Below are positions 1 to 10,700 of a stretch of DNA of 64,000 nt, in pieces. Position numbers and translations under genes: made by a program. Location: the IMG/VR virus record IMGVR_UViG_3300044624_001881, positions 293-64,292 of that record. One strand, given 5' to 3'. How positions within the stretch are numbered: position 1 is the first letter of the stretch; every line of letters begins with the position of its first letter. The stretch is from a virus. Its lineage: Duplodnaviria; Caudoviricetes. The notes beneath the pieces are model-generated. The model was not told where the DNA came from. It saw only the letters and a list, made by a program, of their open reading frames with translations, and did no database searches.

Positions 1-863
1 TAAGTACCGGTCTTGGTACTGTTAAAGTTATTGGTAATCCTGGCGCAACAGGAGATGCTATACTTAATAATACTGTTTTTAAAATATTGCCGAGAATTAA
101 AATAACTGGCGATGGCTCTGGTGCGATTGCTATACCTAACATGGTAGGTGAAAGAATTGATTCTATAACAATTGTAGAACCTGGATCTGATTATAACAAT
201 GCGCTAGCTCAGGTTGTAGACCCGCTTTACAATTTTGATCCAGACGATCCTCTATCTATTGACGTGAGAGCAGTCTTAAGACCTGTTTTATCTCCAAAGG
301 GCGGACACAATTATAATCTTATTGATGAGATGCATTGCAGACACGTTCTTCTTTACGGTTACATCACAGAAACAGACAATAATCAAATCGGTGCGACGAA
401 TACATATTCTTTAATTGGAATAGTGAAGAACCCAGAATTTACTGAAGACCCAGAGACGGCTAACACAGCTTCTCCTGATGTCTTTGATAATAGAATAGCA
501 ATCGTTACAAACGATTATCAAAAAGCAGTAGTAGATACAAGACTCGTTCAGTTAGATGTAAATAACGAAATTACTTTCTCAGGCAAAGTTCATCAAGTAG
601 ATGAAACGTCTAATACTGTATATCTTTCTGAATACATGGGGCCGTATGCTAACGCAGCAAATAATGATATATCATTTAATCCTGCTACGGTTTTAAGAAA
701 TGAAACCGGCCAATTAATTCAAATAAATAGTCCGACAGCTAATAATGTAATTGAGTCAAGATATACACAGAGATCTGGTACAGTTTACTTCATGGAAGAT
801 TTTTTCCCATTGTCCAGATCTAGAACTTCACGCGAAGAGTATAAACTGGTATTAGAATTTTAA
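1..863 (+). CDS. gp8: Baseplate wedge subunit, T4 gp8-like (5' part lies outside the window)
   Basis: The frame is open from position 3 to the stop at 863. It has the SPKGGH motif and the C-terminal 'SGTVYFMEDFFPLSRSRTSREEYKLVLEF' typical of gp8 in cyanophage-like T4 phages, and lies directly upstream of the VrlC-like gene. Confidence 0.7.
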   Translation, partial: STGLGTVKVIGNPGATGDAILNNTVFKILPRIKITGDGSGAIAIPNMVGERIDSITIVEPGSDYNNALAQVVDPLYNFDPDDPLSIDVRAVLRPVLSPKGGHNYNLIDEMHCRHVLLYGYITETDNNQIGATNTYSLIGIVKNPEFTEDPETANTASPDVFDNRIAIVTNDYQKAVVDTRLVQLDVNNEITFSGKVHQVDETSNTVYLSEYMGPYANAANNDISFNPATVLRNETGQLIQINSPTANNVIESRYTQRSGTVYFMEDFFPLSRSRTSREEYKLVLEF

Positions 864-877
864 GGAAACCCAGATAG

Positions 878-3800
878 ATGCCTATTAATACAGATCTAAA
901 TATTGCACCGTATTTTGATGATTTTGATTTAGAGAAACAGTTTTATAAAATTCTGTTTAAACCAGCTTATGCGGTTCAAGCTCGCGAGCTTACGCAATTA
1001 CAAACTATTCTTCAAAACCAAATTGAACAATTTGGAGATAATGTTTACAAAGAAGGCAGTATTATCAAGGGCTGTAACTTTACGAATCTAAATGGATTAC
1101 AGTACGTAAAGCTCGTAGATAAAACTGGGTTTGATGTAGAATCTTATATTAGCGGGCCAGACACAGATATTATCAGTGGTGTAGAAACTGCTATTGACGT
1201 TGTTTACGAAGTAGAAGGTGTAAACTCTTTACTTAAAGCTAATATTGTTTCGGCTGCTCGTGGCTTTGAAACTCGTCCACCTAATTTAAATACATTCTTT
1301 ATTAATTACCTCACAACAAACGAAACGAGTTCATATAAACAATTCATTCCTGGTGAAAGCCTTAGAATTAATCGTTACAAATACAATGGTTCAACTCTTT
1401 ATAGTACAGAATTAAATATTGAAAGCATTAACGTAACTCTTCAGTCTAGCCCAACCGGAAAATCTTTCGGTATTCAAGCTGCCGCAGGTGTGGTTTTCCA
1501 AAAAGGTCATTTTCTTTTTGCTGATGCTCAAACACTCGTGGTATCGAAATACACAGATCAACCTAATAACGTTTCTGTGGGTTATGAGACAAGAGAATCT
1601 CTTATTACAGCGCTTCAAGATAACGATCTCTATGATAATGCAAACGGCTCAAATAACGAAAATGCGCCTGGTGCCGACAGACTTAAGTTAGTTCCAGTTC
1701 TTGTTGCAAAAGATACAGCTGCTGGAAATATCGACAAAGATTTCTTCACTCTGATTCGTTACCAGAATGGTTCAGCAGTTCTTTTAAGAGACGTCTCTCA
1801 GTTTAACGCTATTGGTGAAGAACTCGCTAAGAGAACTTACGAGGAATCTGGAGACTATATCTTAAAAGATTTCGTCGTACATACTGATCGCCGTGGAGCA
1901 GATCTAAAGGCTTTAGTAGGAACTGGTACTGCATATGTAAAAGGTTACAGAGTAGAAAATAGAGGCGAATTAGATTTTACTATTGACCCAATTTCAAACA
2001 CAGAAATTGAACAGAATGAAGCTGTTTCCTTTGATTATGGCTCATACGTAGATACAGTTAATATAAGTGGTACTGTAGATGTAACTTACGGAACTGCAGA
2101 CCTATTAGCGAGTGATGGATCTACGAAAATAGGCGAAGCTATCGTTAGAAATATTACACCTTCAAGAGTTTATTTGTTCGGTGTAACTATGACAGCGAAC
2201 AACGTCACATTCAACGATGTCAACTACATTTCTTCTACTAGTGGAACAATCGAAGTAGCTAATAACAGTGTGTTAAAAGATACTTCAAAAACTACAGTTA
2301 TATTTGATACTGGTGCAAGATATACAAAACAAGTAACAGACATCGCGATTCCAGTTCGTACATCAGTAAGTGCTTCAGTTTCTAACAATTCAATCGTACT
2401 AAACGCAGGTTCTGTTTTAGGCGCTAACGAAGACTTTGGTGTTGATAACGACGATATGGTGTTTGTTGATGCTACAAATACACAGATTCCAATTTTAAGT
2501 TATGGTACAAGTTTAGCAAACAGCGTATTAACAATTAATTTAGCTTCTGGATCATCTCCAGCCGGTGAATTGTACTTTAATAAGAGAATACAATCAGCAA
2601 CCCCATATAATAAAATTGCGGCTACACCTTTCATTAAAGTGACTTACAATACATCTAAAACAAAATATAGCTTAGGATTCCCAGACGTATATGCGATAGA
2701 AGATATCTATGATTCTGTTGGCACTAGATATACAGATAGTTTCCGTTTAAAGACAAACCAAAAAGATAGCTATTACGACATATCTTATATGGAATATATT
2801 CCTGGTCGTCCACAGCCATCAAATGGTACTTTAACTATTAAACTCAACGTGTTCCAGATTAATGCTTCTACAGGTAAGTATTTCTTTACAATTAATAGCT
2901 ATCCAATTGATGATGTAACAGATCCTTTACCAGCAGGAAAAATTAGATCTAATCAAGTCCCAGTTTATGTTGCTACAAACAAGAAGCCATATAATCTAAG
3001 AGATTGTTTTGATTTTAGACCATATGCAGATAAAGATGCGTTAGCAAACTATACTGCAAGTGCTGGATCAGCACCGACTATTACAGCTTTAGCAGATTCA
3101 ACTACGCCTACATTCTCAGGTACAGACTATTTAATTCCAGCTCTTAATCAGTATGGCATTACTGATATCGAACACTATCTTTCAAGAATAGATTGCATTA
3201 CTGTAGACTCTTATGGTAACTTTACAATTGTTAATGGTACTGAATCAAGTATTCCGGCTCCACCAAAGGTTGGGCCTGACCAACTTGTTATATCTGAAAT
3301 TACTGTTCCAGGTTATCCAGCTCTATCGAAGCAAGAATCGATTCAACAAAATAAATTTGAATATGCTGTAAAAGCAAAAGCTCAAGGTGTAAAAAATTAC
3401 ACTATGAGAGACATTGCAAAAATTGAGAAAAAGGTTAATAGTCTAGAATATTACATCAGTCTAAATCAGTTAGAGCAAGATGTAGAAAATCTTCTTATCA
3501 CAGATGAAAACGGTCTTACTAGATTTAAAAATGGATATATCGTAGATCCTTTCAACGATATTAAACTTGGAAATCTTCAAGATGCTTCATTCAGCGCAGC
3601 TGTTCATTTTGATAAGAAAATATTAACTCCGTCTCTCAAAACGTTCCCTCTTGATCTAAAATACAAGTCATCAACTTCTGCTACTATTTTTCCAAGCACA
3701 AGCGCGCCTGAAGTTGCGTCTCTTAGCAGAAATGCTTATGAGTCTCTTCTATCTCAAGACTACGCGACCGGCTTTAGAAACTGCGTAAGTAACTTCTGGA

Positions 3801-6226
3801 AGTACGACGGTGTTGGTGCTCTATCGCCAAACCACGACTTTGCTCACGACACGACTACGAACCCAGTTACTCTTGACATAGACTTAGCGACACCATTTAG
3901 AGATTTCGTCGAAAATCTGCAGCAGTTTGTTCCTATGACAGGAACATCGACTGAGATTGTTGGTGAATGGGCTGCGCGTCAGCGTAGATGGACTGCAGGA
4001 TTAATTGAGCAAACAACAACTGATACATTAGTAATTAATGAGACAACTAGCTCTCAACTAGTTGGTGATTTTGTTTCAAACATTGAATTCAGCCCATATA
4101 TGAGATCGAGAGATATAAAAATCTTTATGTCTGGTTTAAGACCAGATACTCGCCACTATTTCTTCTTTGACGCTGTTGATGTTAATGTTCATGTAACACC
4201 AGGTACTCCTAGCAGCACTTTAAGAGATATACAAAAGTTTGGTGTAGCCGGCAGCGCGGTGACAACAGATGAAAACGGTGTGCTTAGAGCAGTGTTTACT
4301 CTTCCAAGAGAAACTTTCTTTGTCGGTGAAAGAGTGTTGACTGTTTCTGACGTAGATCAGTACAGCAGTATTTCATCGGGTGGAACATCTGGTGGTTCTC
4401 TAAAATATCACGCGTATAATATTTCTATAGAAAAATCATCATTAACTGCAACTACAAGAATACCAGACACTGATATCGATACAGTAGTAACTACACGAAA
4501 TCTACCAAGACGTCGTCGTGGTTTTGACCCACTAGCTCAAACATTCTTCATTAAAGAAGGTATGGGTCAAGGATCTAATAGTGTATTTGCTGGAAAAGTA
4601 GATCTTTACTTCAAGAGAAAAAGCGATATCAACGGTGTAACAATTATGCTTAGAGAAGTAGATAACGGTTATCCTGCTCCGGAAATTCTTTCTTTCTCGA
4701 AGATTCACCTCACTCCTGCACAAGTAAATACTTCTGATGATGCTACTGCGGTTACCGAAGTTTTCTTTGATGCACCAGTTAGACTTGACACAGAAAAAGA
4801 ATACTGTGTAGTAATTCAGCCAGACGCGAACGATCCTAATTATCTAGTTTACACTTCTAAAGTTGGTGGAGTAGACTTAACAGTAGGTGCAGAAACAGAA
4901 GGACAGCCAGTTGTACAAGACTGGGGTGACGGTGTTCTCTTTACTTCTACAAATAACAGAGCATGGCAGTCATACCAAGATGAAGACTTAAAGTTTACAA
5001 TTTACAGACATGACTTTAACGCTTCAACTGGATCAGTTACACTTACAAATTCCGATCACGAATTTATCACGCTTTCTAATTGGACCGGAAGATTTAATTT
5101 AGGTGAATTTGTATATCAAACAACCGGGTCAGCCTCAACAATAAGCATGGTATTAGGTTCTAGCGTAATTACGGGATCTGGTGTAGACTTTGCAAGTATA
5201 TATTCTGCCGGAGATTATATTCTTGTTGCTAACTCTGCAGCTACAAGACGTGAATTACTCAGAATTGCAAGCATTGATAGTTCTACTACAATGACAGTAA
5301 CAAAACCAATTTCGTTCGTTATAACAAACGGAACAGGCACACCTGCTGTGGTTGGAGAGATAACTTATTACAACATAGTTGAACCAAATAATGTACATCT
5401 CAAAGATAGTTCTGCTACTGCATCTAAAAAATTCACAGTAGGTTCTACTATCAGAGGATTTACTTCTGGAACCACGGGCGTCATTGGAAGCATTGATGAT
5501 ATTAACTTAAGTTATGTTCAACCAATTATCATGAAAACGAACGATTCCATTACGACCACGACTTTAGACGGAACATTTGTAGACCCATCAAACGTTATTA
5601 ATAGCTATAACACACCTCTTCAATTTGGTGATAATAATTTCTTCACTAATAAGGGTGTTATTCTTTACAGTAAATCAAATGACCCAACAAGACTTAAGCC
5701 TTTCGACATAAATGTTAGAATGGCGAATAGATCAAATAGCACTTCAACTCCTATCGTAGATTTAGAAACTGCTACGCTACTAGCTTATCAATTTAAAGCT
5801 ACAAATAGCGCGGCAACAACTTCTAAGTATATCTCGAAGACTATTGAACTTGCGGCAGATCTTGACGCAGAAGATATGGAAGTAATTCTAACAGGTCATC
5901 GTCCAAACGGAACGGACATTAAAGTGTACATTAAGCCACAAAATGCTTATGACAGCGCTAATTTTGAAACCAATGGTTGGATCGAATTAGAATTGTTTAG
6001 TGGTGTTGGTGTATTCTGCTCTACAACAAACCCTGATGACTACAGAGAATATAGATATCGCGTAGCTGATGCTAACAAAGATGTTAACGGGATTTTAACT
6101 TATACTAATACAACAACCGGAGTATTCTCGGGTTATAGAAAGTTTGCTATTCGAATTGACCTATTAGCTTCAAGTATCAATATCGTTCCAACTGTTAAAG
6201 ATTATAGAGGAATTGCACTAACATGA
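878..6226 (+). CDS. Large baseplate/virion structural protein, VrlC/DUF4815-like (1782 aa)
   Basis: N-terminus 'DLNIAPYFDDFD..KQFYKILFKPAYAVQARELTQLQTILQNQIEQFG', internal 'RTYEESGDY', 'RFKNGYIVDPF', 'DPLAQTFF' and 'EDLKF' motifs. AAGGA RBS upstream. Confidence 0.8.
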   Translation: MPINTDLNIAPYFDDFDLEKQFYKILFKPAYAVQARELTQLQTILQNQIEQFGDNVYKEGSIIKGCNFTNLNGLQYVKLVDKTGFDVESYISGPDTDIISGVETAIDVVYEVEGVNSLLKANIVSAARGFETRPPNLNTFFINYLTTNETSSYKQFIPGESLRINRYKYNGSTLYSTELNIESINVTLQSSPTGKSFGIQAAAGVVFQKGHFLFADAQTLVVSKYTDQPNNVSVGYETRESLITALQDNDLYDNANGSNNENAPGADRLKLVPVLVAKDTAAGNIDKDFFTLIRYQNGSAVLLRDVSQFNAIGEELAKRTYEESGDYILKDFVVHTDRRGADLKALVGTGTAYVKGYRVENRGELDFTIDPISNTEIEQNEAVSFDYGSYVDTVNISGTVDVTYGTADLLASDGSTKIGEAIVRNITPSRVYLFGVTMTANNVTFNDVNYISSTSGTIEVANNSVLKDTSKTTVIFDTGARYTKQVTDIAIPVRTSVSASVSNNSIVLNAGSVLGANEDFGVDNDDMVFVDATNTQIPILSYGTSLANSVLTINLASGSSPAGELYFNKRIQSATPYNKIAATPFIKVTYNTSKTKYSLGFPDVYAIEDIYDSVGTRYTDSFRLKTNQKDSYYDISYMEYIPGRPQPSNGTLTIKLNVFQINASTGKYFFTINSYPIDDVTDPLPAGKIRSNQVPVYVATNKKPYNLRDCFDFRPYADKDALANYTASAGSAPTITALADSTTPTFSGTDYLIPALNQYGITDIEHYLSRIDCITVDSYGNFTIVNGTESSIPAPPKVGPDQLVISEITVPGYPALSKQESIQQNKFEYAVKAKAQGVKNYTMRDIAKIEKKVNSLEYYISLNQLEQDVENLLITDENGLTRFKNGYIVDPFNDIKLGNLQDASFSAAVHFDKKILTPSLKTFPLDLKYKSSTSATIFPSTSAPEVASLSRNAYESLLSQDYATGFRNCVSNFWKYDGVGALSPNHDFAHDTTTNPVTLDIDLATPFRDFVENLQQFVPMTGTSTEIVGEWAARQRRWTAGLIEQTTTDTLVINETTSSQLVGDFVSNIEFSPYMRSRDIKIFMSGLRPDTRHYFFFDAVDVNVHVTPGTPSSTLRDIQKFGVAGSAVTTDENGVLRAVFTLPRETFFVGERVLTVSDVDQYSSISSGGTSGGSLKYHAYNISIEKSSLTATTRIPDTDIDTVVTTRNLPRRRRGFDPLAQTFFIKEGMGQGSNSVFAGKVDLYFKRKSDINGVTIMLREVDNGYPAPEILSFSKIHLTPAQVNTSDDATAVTEVFFDAPVRLDTEKEYCVVIQPDANDPNYLVYTSKVGGVDLTVGAETEGQPVVQDWGDGVLFTSTNNRAWQSYQDEDLKFTIYRHDFNASTGSVTLTNSDHEFITLSNWTGRFNLGEFVYQTTGSASTISMVLGSSVITGSGVDFASIYSAGDYILVANSAATRRELLRIASIDSSTTMTVTKPISFVITNGTGTPAVVGEITYYNIVEPNNVHLKDSSATASKKFTVGSTIRGFTSGTTGVIGSIDDINLSYVQPIIMKTNDSITTTTLDGTFVDPSNVINSYNTPLQFGDNNFFTNKGVILYSKSNDPTRLKPFDINVRMANRSNSTSTPIVDLETATLLAYQFKATNSAATTSKYISKTIELAADLDAEDMEVILTGHRPNGTDIKVYIKPQNAYDSANFETNGWIELELFSGVGVFCSTTNPDDYREYRYRVADANKDVNGILTYTNTTTGVFSGYRKFAIRIDLLASSINIVPTVKDYRGIALT

Positions 6227-6405
6227 TGCTTCAAAGAGATCCACACTCACATGCTGTTATTAATAACGATGCTCAAGCTCTAAATAAATACAAGCAGGAG
6301 CGTGCTCTTTATAAAAAAGTAGAAGTTTTAACGAGAGAACTTGTTATAATAAAAGAAACAGTTGTTCGTATTTGCGAAAAATTAGACAAGATAGAGAAGA
6401 GTTGA
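6223..6405 (+). CDS. Small conserved-type phage protein with coiled-coil C-terminus (60 aa)
   Basis: ATGA overlap with the upstream stop. 'RDPHSHAVINND' start resembles the small gene that follows VrlC-like genes in T4-like phages. Confidence 0.6.
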   Translation: MMLQRDPHSHAVINNDAQALNKYKQERALYKKVEVLTRELVIIKETVVRICEKLDKIEKS

Positions 6406-6406
6406 T

Positions 6407-7624
6407 ATGTCAAAACCAAGTATTCAAAACATTACGGTAACTCAAACATTTCAAAACTGGTTTGATAAAACCAATGAAATGGTTGACATTTTTCGCGATC
6501 AAGTAGTTACTGCTTCTGTTTCAGGAGACACAACAACTGGAAACGCAACTCTTTTAGGATCATTTACTGCTAATACTCTCATAGCATCCAATATACTAGA
6601 AGCAGATAGCGTAACATCAGTAACGACCGGTGGAACTATTCAATACAGTTCACCAATTAGCATTACAGGAACAAGTGATCCAGTAGTAGCAACTTTTAAC
6701 TACGCTAGTGGCGGTGGTCGTACTCGATATACTAACGGTGCTATTTCTTGGGACATCGGTATGGAAGATTCTACCAATGGTAGATTTATTATGAATACAG
6801 GTATAACCTCTCCAGAATTTGCTCTTTCTACTCAAGGTGTTCTTGAAGTTCCAAGTATCATTACATCTTCTGACGTTGTGATAGGTGCTAATCTAGATGT
6901 TACTGGTGTGATAACTGGCGACATTTCTGCTAATAACATTACCGTAAGCGGCGTTTTAGCCGGCACTCTTACAGGTAATCTAATTGGAGACGTATTTGCT
7001 CCGAACGGAACTACAAAAGTTCTTGAAAATGGCAATGGCACAACCATCCCAGCTACTTTTACTGGCAACGTTAATGGTACTGTAAGTTCGTTAACTAACC
7101 ATACTACAAATAGTCTTACTGAAGGAACGAATAATCTCTATTTTACTACAGCAAGAGCACGAGGAGCTTTATCTGCTGGAACTGGTGTTACATATAGTGC
7201 TACTGGCACCAATGCTGGACAAATTTCTATCGGTCAAACTGTTGCAACAACTTCTAATGTAACATTCAAATCTATTGTTGTTAATGGCGGCACCGGTACT
7301 GAATCTACCGGCACAATTGTAGCCACTGGAAATATTACAGCTTTCGGTACTATTTCAGATATCACGATGAAGGAAAATATCAACCCTATTGAAAATGCTC
7401 TCGAAAAAATTTCTAAGCTTGGAGGTTATACTTTCAATTATAAAGGTGACGACACACCTATGACGGGTGTTATGGCTCAAGAACTTATGAACGTTCTTCC
7501 AGGTGTAGTGTATGAGGTTGAGGATCCAAAGTCAGGCGAAACTGTATACGCGGTTCGACACGGAAACATAATCGGTCTTTTAATCGAAGCCATCAAGGAA
7601 TTAAAAGAGCAAATAGTAAAATAA
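6407..7624 (+). CDS. Fibre protein with C-terminal intramolecular chaperone (peptidase S74-like)
   Basis: N-terminal 'TQTFQNWFDKTNEM', a Gly/Thr/Asn-rich shaft, 'LTEGTNNLYFTTARAR', and C-terminal 'SDITMKENI..ALEKI..GVMAQEL..LLIEAIKEL'. Confidence 0.8.
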   Translation: MSKPSIQNITVTQTFQNWFDKTNEMVDIFRDQVVTASVSGDTTTGNATLLGSFTANTLIASNILEADSVTSVTTGGTIQYSSPISITGTSDPVVATFNYASGGGRTRYTNGAISWDIGMEDSTNGRFIMNTGITSPEFALSTQGVLEVPSIITSSDVVIGANLDVTGVITGDISANNITVSGVLAGTLTGNLIGDVFAPNGTTKVLENGNGTTIPATFTGNVNGTVSSLTNHTTNSLTEGTNNLYFTTARARGALSAGTGVTYSATGTNAGQISIGQTVATTSNVTFKSIVVNGGTGTESTGTIVATGNITAFGTISDITMKENINPIENALEKISKLGGYTFNYKGDDTPMTGVMAQELMNVLPGVVYEVEDPKSGETVYAVRHGNIIGLLIEAIKELKEQIVK

Positions 7625-7664
7625 AGTATTGCCTTATAGTTAATGTCTTACTATCTTGACTTAT

Positions 7665-7672
7665 TATAAATA
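7665..7672 (+). promoter_or_regulatory. T4-type late promoter (TATAAATA)
   Basis: Exact TATAAATA in the intergenic region, 31 nt before the 7704 start. Confidence 0.8.
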
Positions 7673-7703
7673 AAGAAAATAAAACTAGCAAGGGTAATAA
7701 AGA

Positions 7704-10700
7704 ATGTCAAAGATTTCAGAATTAGGTCCGATAAAAGGCGCGAATACTAGAACTGAAGACCTTTTCGTTATAGTTAACCTAATTCAAGGTGATGATGGTA
7801 CTAAAAACATCACTCGTAAAGAATTAGTTCAAGCTATTCAATATGAAATCTTCGATAGAATTACGATCACCGGCGGCTCTATCTCTAACGTCGTAATGTT
7901 TAACTCAACATTAAACGACGTTACAATCAATTCTTCTGATTTTAATAACGGTAATATCGATAACAGCGCAATCGATGGGTCTACAATCGTAGATTCTGAT
8001 TTCTCTGATGGTACTGGTAACAACAACATCTTTACCAATACAATCGTAGACCAATCCCAGATTCTAAATAGTACTGCAAACAACATGCAGATTACCAATT
8101 CTGATTTCTCAGAAGGCACTGGTAATAACGTAATACTTACAAATTCACAGGTCGACTTCTCGTTATTCAATCAAGTAACGATTGAGGGCGGTACTGCAAA
8201 TAACCTTATCCTTACAAATATCACAATTGACGAGCTTATTCTTGAAGATGCTCTTATCTCGAATAGCACAATCATTACTACAAGTTTCTCGAATGGAACT
8301 ATCTACGACACCGGAATTTCAAATAGCACGATAATTGATACAGATCTTGATAATGTAGATATCACGAATTCTCGTTTCGCGAATGGTGAAGTTTCAAACA
8401 CTGAGATCACTAATTCTAACTTTGCTAATGGTAATATTATTGCAACAAACATCGTAGAATCTGATTTCTCTGATGGAACCGGCAATAATAATATCTTTAC
8501 AAACACCACTATAGATCAAAGTACTATCACTAATTCTATACTTGCAAATTCTGCATTCCAAGGTACGATGAGCAATGTTGTTGCTGAAAATCTACAGATT
8601 ACAAGCTCATCTGCAGACGGTTTAGCACAAACAAGATCAACTTTTGATGGCGGTTTAGTCACCGATTCTGATATTAAAGAATCAAGAATTGCTAATTCAA
8701 CGATTGAAAATTCTACGCTTATTGACTTTGATATGGATCTTAAGAAGGTATTTGAAGCTCCTATCGACGAAGATAGTTATTTTGCTCTAAAGAATGTTAA
8801 AACCGGCGACACAGAGAAGATGACTTATCGTCAGCTTTATGACGAGGTTTCAAGAAAAACAGCAAGTGCTCTTAAGGTTTATGTCGCGTCAGATGGGGAT
8901 GATAGAAACGATGGTACAGTTCTCAAGCCAGTTCGTACACTTAAGCGTGCTGAAGAACTTGCTTTAGAAAAAGCAGGAGGATCGTATAATCGTAACGATC
9001 TCAACAACGCAGTGCACATCTCAGTAGGTCCTGGCACTTACTATGTTGATGAACCAATTGCTCTTCCAGATGATTGTTCTATGACGTCAACAGGCGGTCA
9101 GTATGCTACAGTAATTCAAAAGCTTCCTGGTTGGGAACGCACAAACGGTGTTCTAGTTGGGTCTGGTTGCTATGTTCAAGGTTTCTCATATATGAACTTT
9201 GAAGTAGACAACTTCGACCAGCCTGAAGGTGGATTTGCTATTGCATATCGCCCAGGCGCTCTACTAAGACGTTCACCGTATATTCGTGACTCAACCCAGC
9301 TTTCAAACTTCAACCGCCTAGACGTTGAACCACCACTTAACCCATTTAACTCAAAGGGTACTATCCTTGACCTTGGCCAAGAATTCTACCTTGAGCCAGG
9401 ACACAGCGCTCAATCTCAATTCGAGGTCGATGACGAGATTACGTTCTCAAGTGGTGCAAGTGGTTATGTTTCTTATGTAGCAGATATTGATTCAAATCGT
9501 CAAATCTATGTTCGCAACCTTAAAGGTAATGTTAAACCAGGCGATTTGTTATACGCTCAGCGCGGCGGAACAGGTACAGTTCAAAGTATCGGAATCGACG
9601 ACTTCCCGAACAGACTAGTTGGTCGTGGTGGCGGTTGCGTACTTTGCGATAGAGCACTACTTGATACAGACTCACTCTATACATATTTACTTTGCTTCGG
9701 TTTCACACCTCGTACACAAAATGGTACTGGTTACGTTGCTAAGAACGGTGCCGGTATTAACGGTATCGGTTCTCTTTCGATCTTTACTCGTCAAGCGTTC
9801 TTTGCTCTTGACGGTGGTCAAATGACTCTGAACAACTCAGGTTCACAGTTTGGTGACATCTCAATGCGTGCTCGCGGTAACACAGTTATCATTAGACCTG
9901 CTAATGCGAATCAAAGCAATCTTCTTTCTAATACTTCATTCTCAGATGATATTGAAGCAAGCAAAGAAGAAATTATCGATGATATGATCGAGTACCTAAC
10001 CTCAAACACTACATCAGGTGGTTTAGGTTACCAAGGTTATAACGCAGACAAATGCTTCCGTGATACAGGTATTATCGTTGACAATACAGGTTATGACGTA
10101 GCTACAAATGGTAACTATTGGGGTCGCCTAAACGGTATCACATATCGTTCACCAATCTCATATGTAGTTGTTAACGAACAGCTTAATGAAACCGTTGGTT
10201 CTATCGAGCATCTAAAAGAGTCTATGGACTTCATCTTTGAAAATTCAACATCAGAAGTTAGAGACAGAGTAAGTGTTTCTCTTAACGAGACACTTAATGT
10301 TCTACAAAATGGCGAAGAATTTGCAAACAACATTATCTTCACTGATACTGGCAATGGTCCTGCTACTGCAGCACGCGAGCTTGTACAAGACAACCGCGAG
10401 TTCATTATCGAAGAATTTATCGATTGGCTAGATAACAATGAAGAATTCTATGCATACGACAGCACTAAGTGCAAGCGCGATGTAAGAGAGTTTATTCTTC
10501 CTGCGGTTAAGTATGATACAATGCTTGATACAAACTACAACTCTGTAACTGCTGGTAATGCTTATTACTTCAAAGCAGCTAAGAATGTAATTGGTGCTCA
10601 GCGCGAAGAAACAGTTGCTGCTTATGAAAGACTACGTAAGACAACTGACGAGATCGTTGAACCAATTTCTTCGAGATTTGCAGTAGAAGCATACGAGAAG

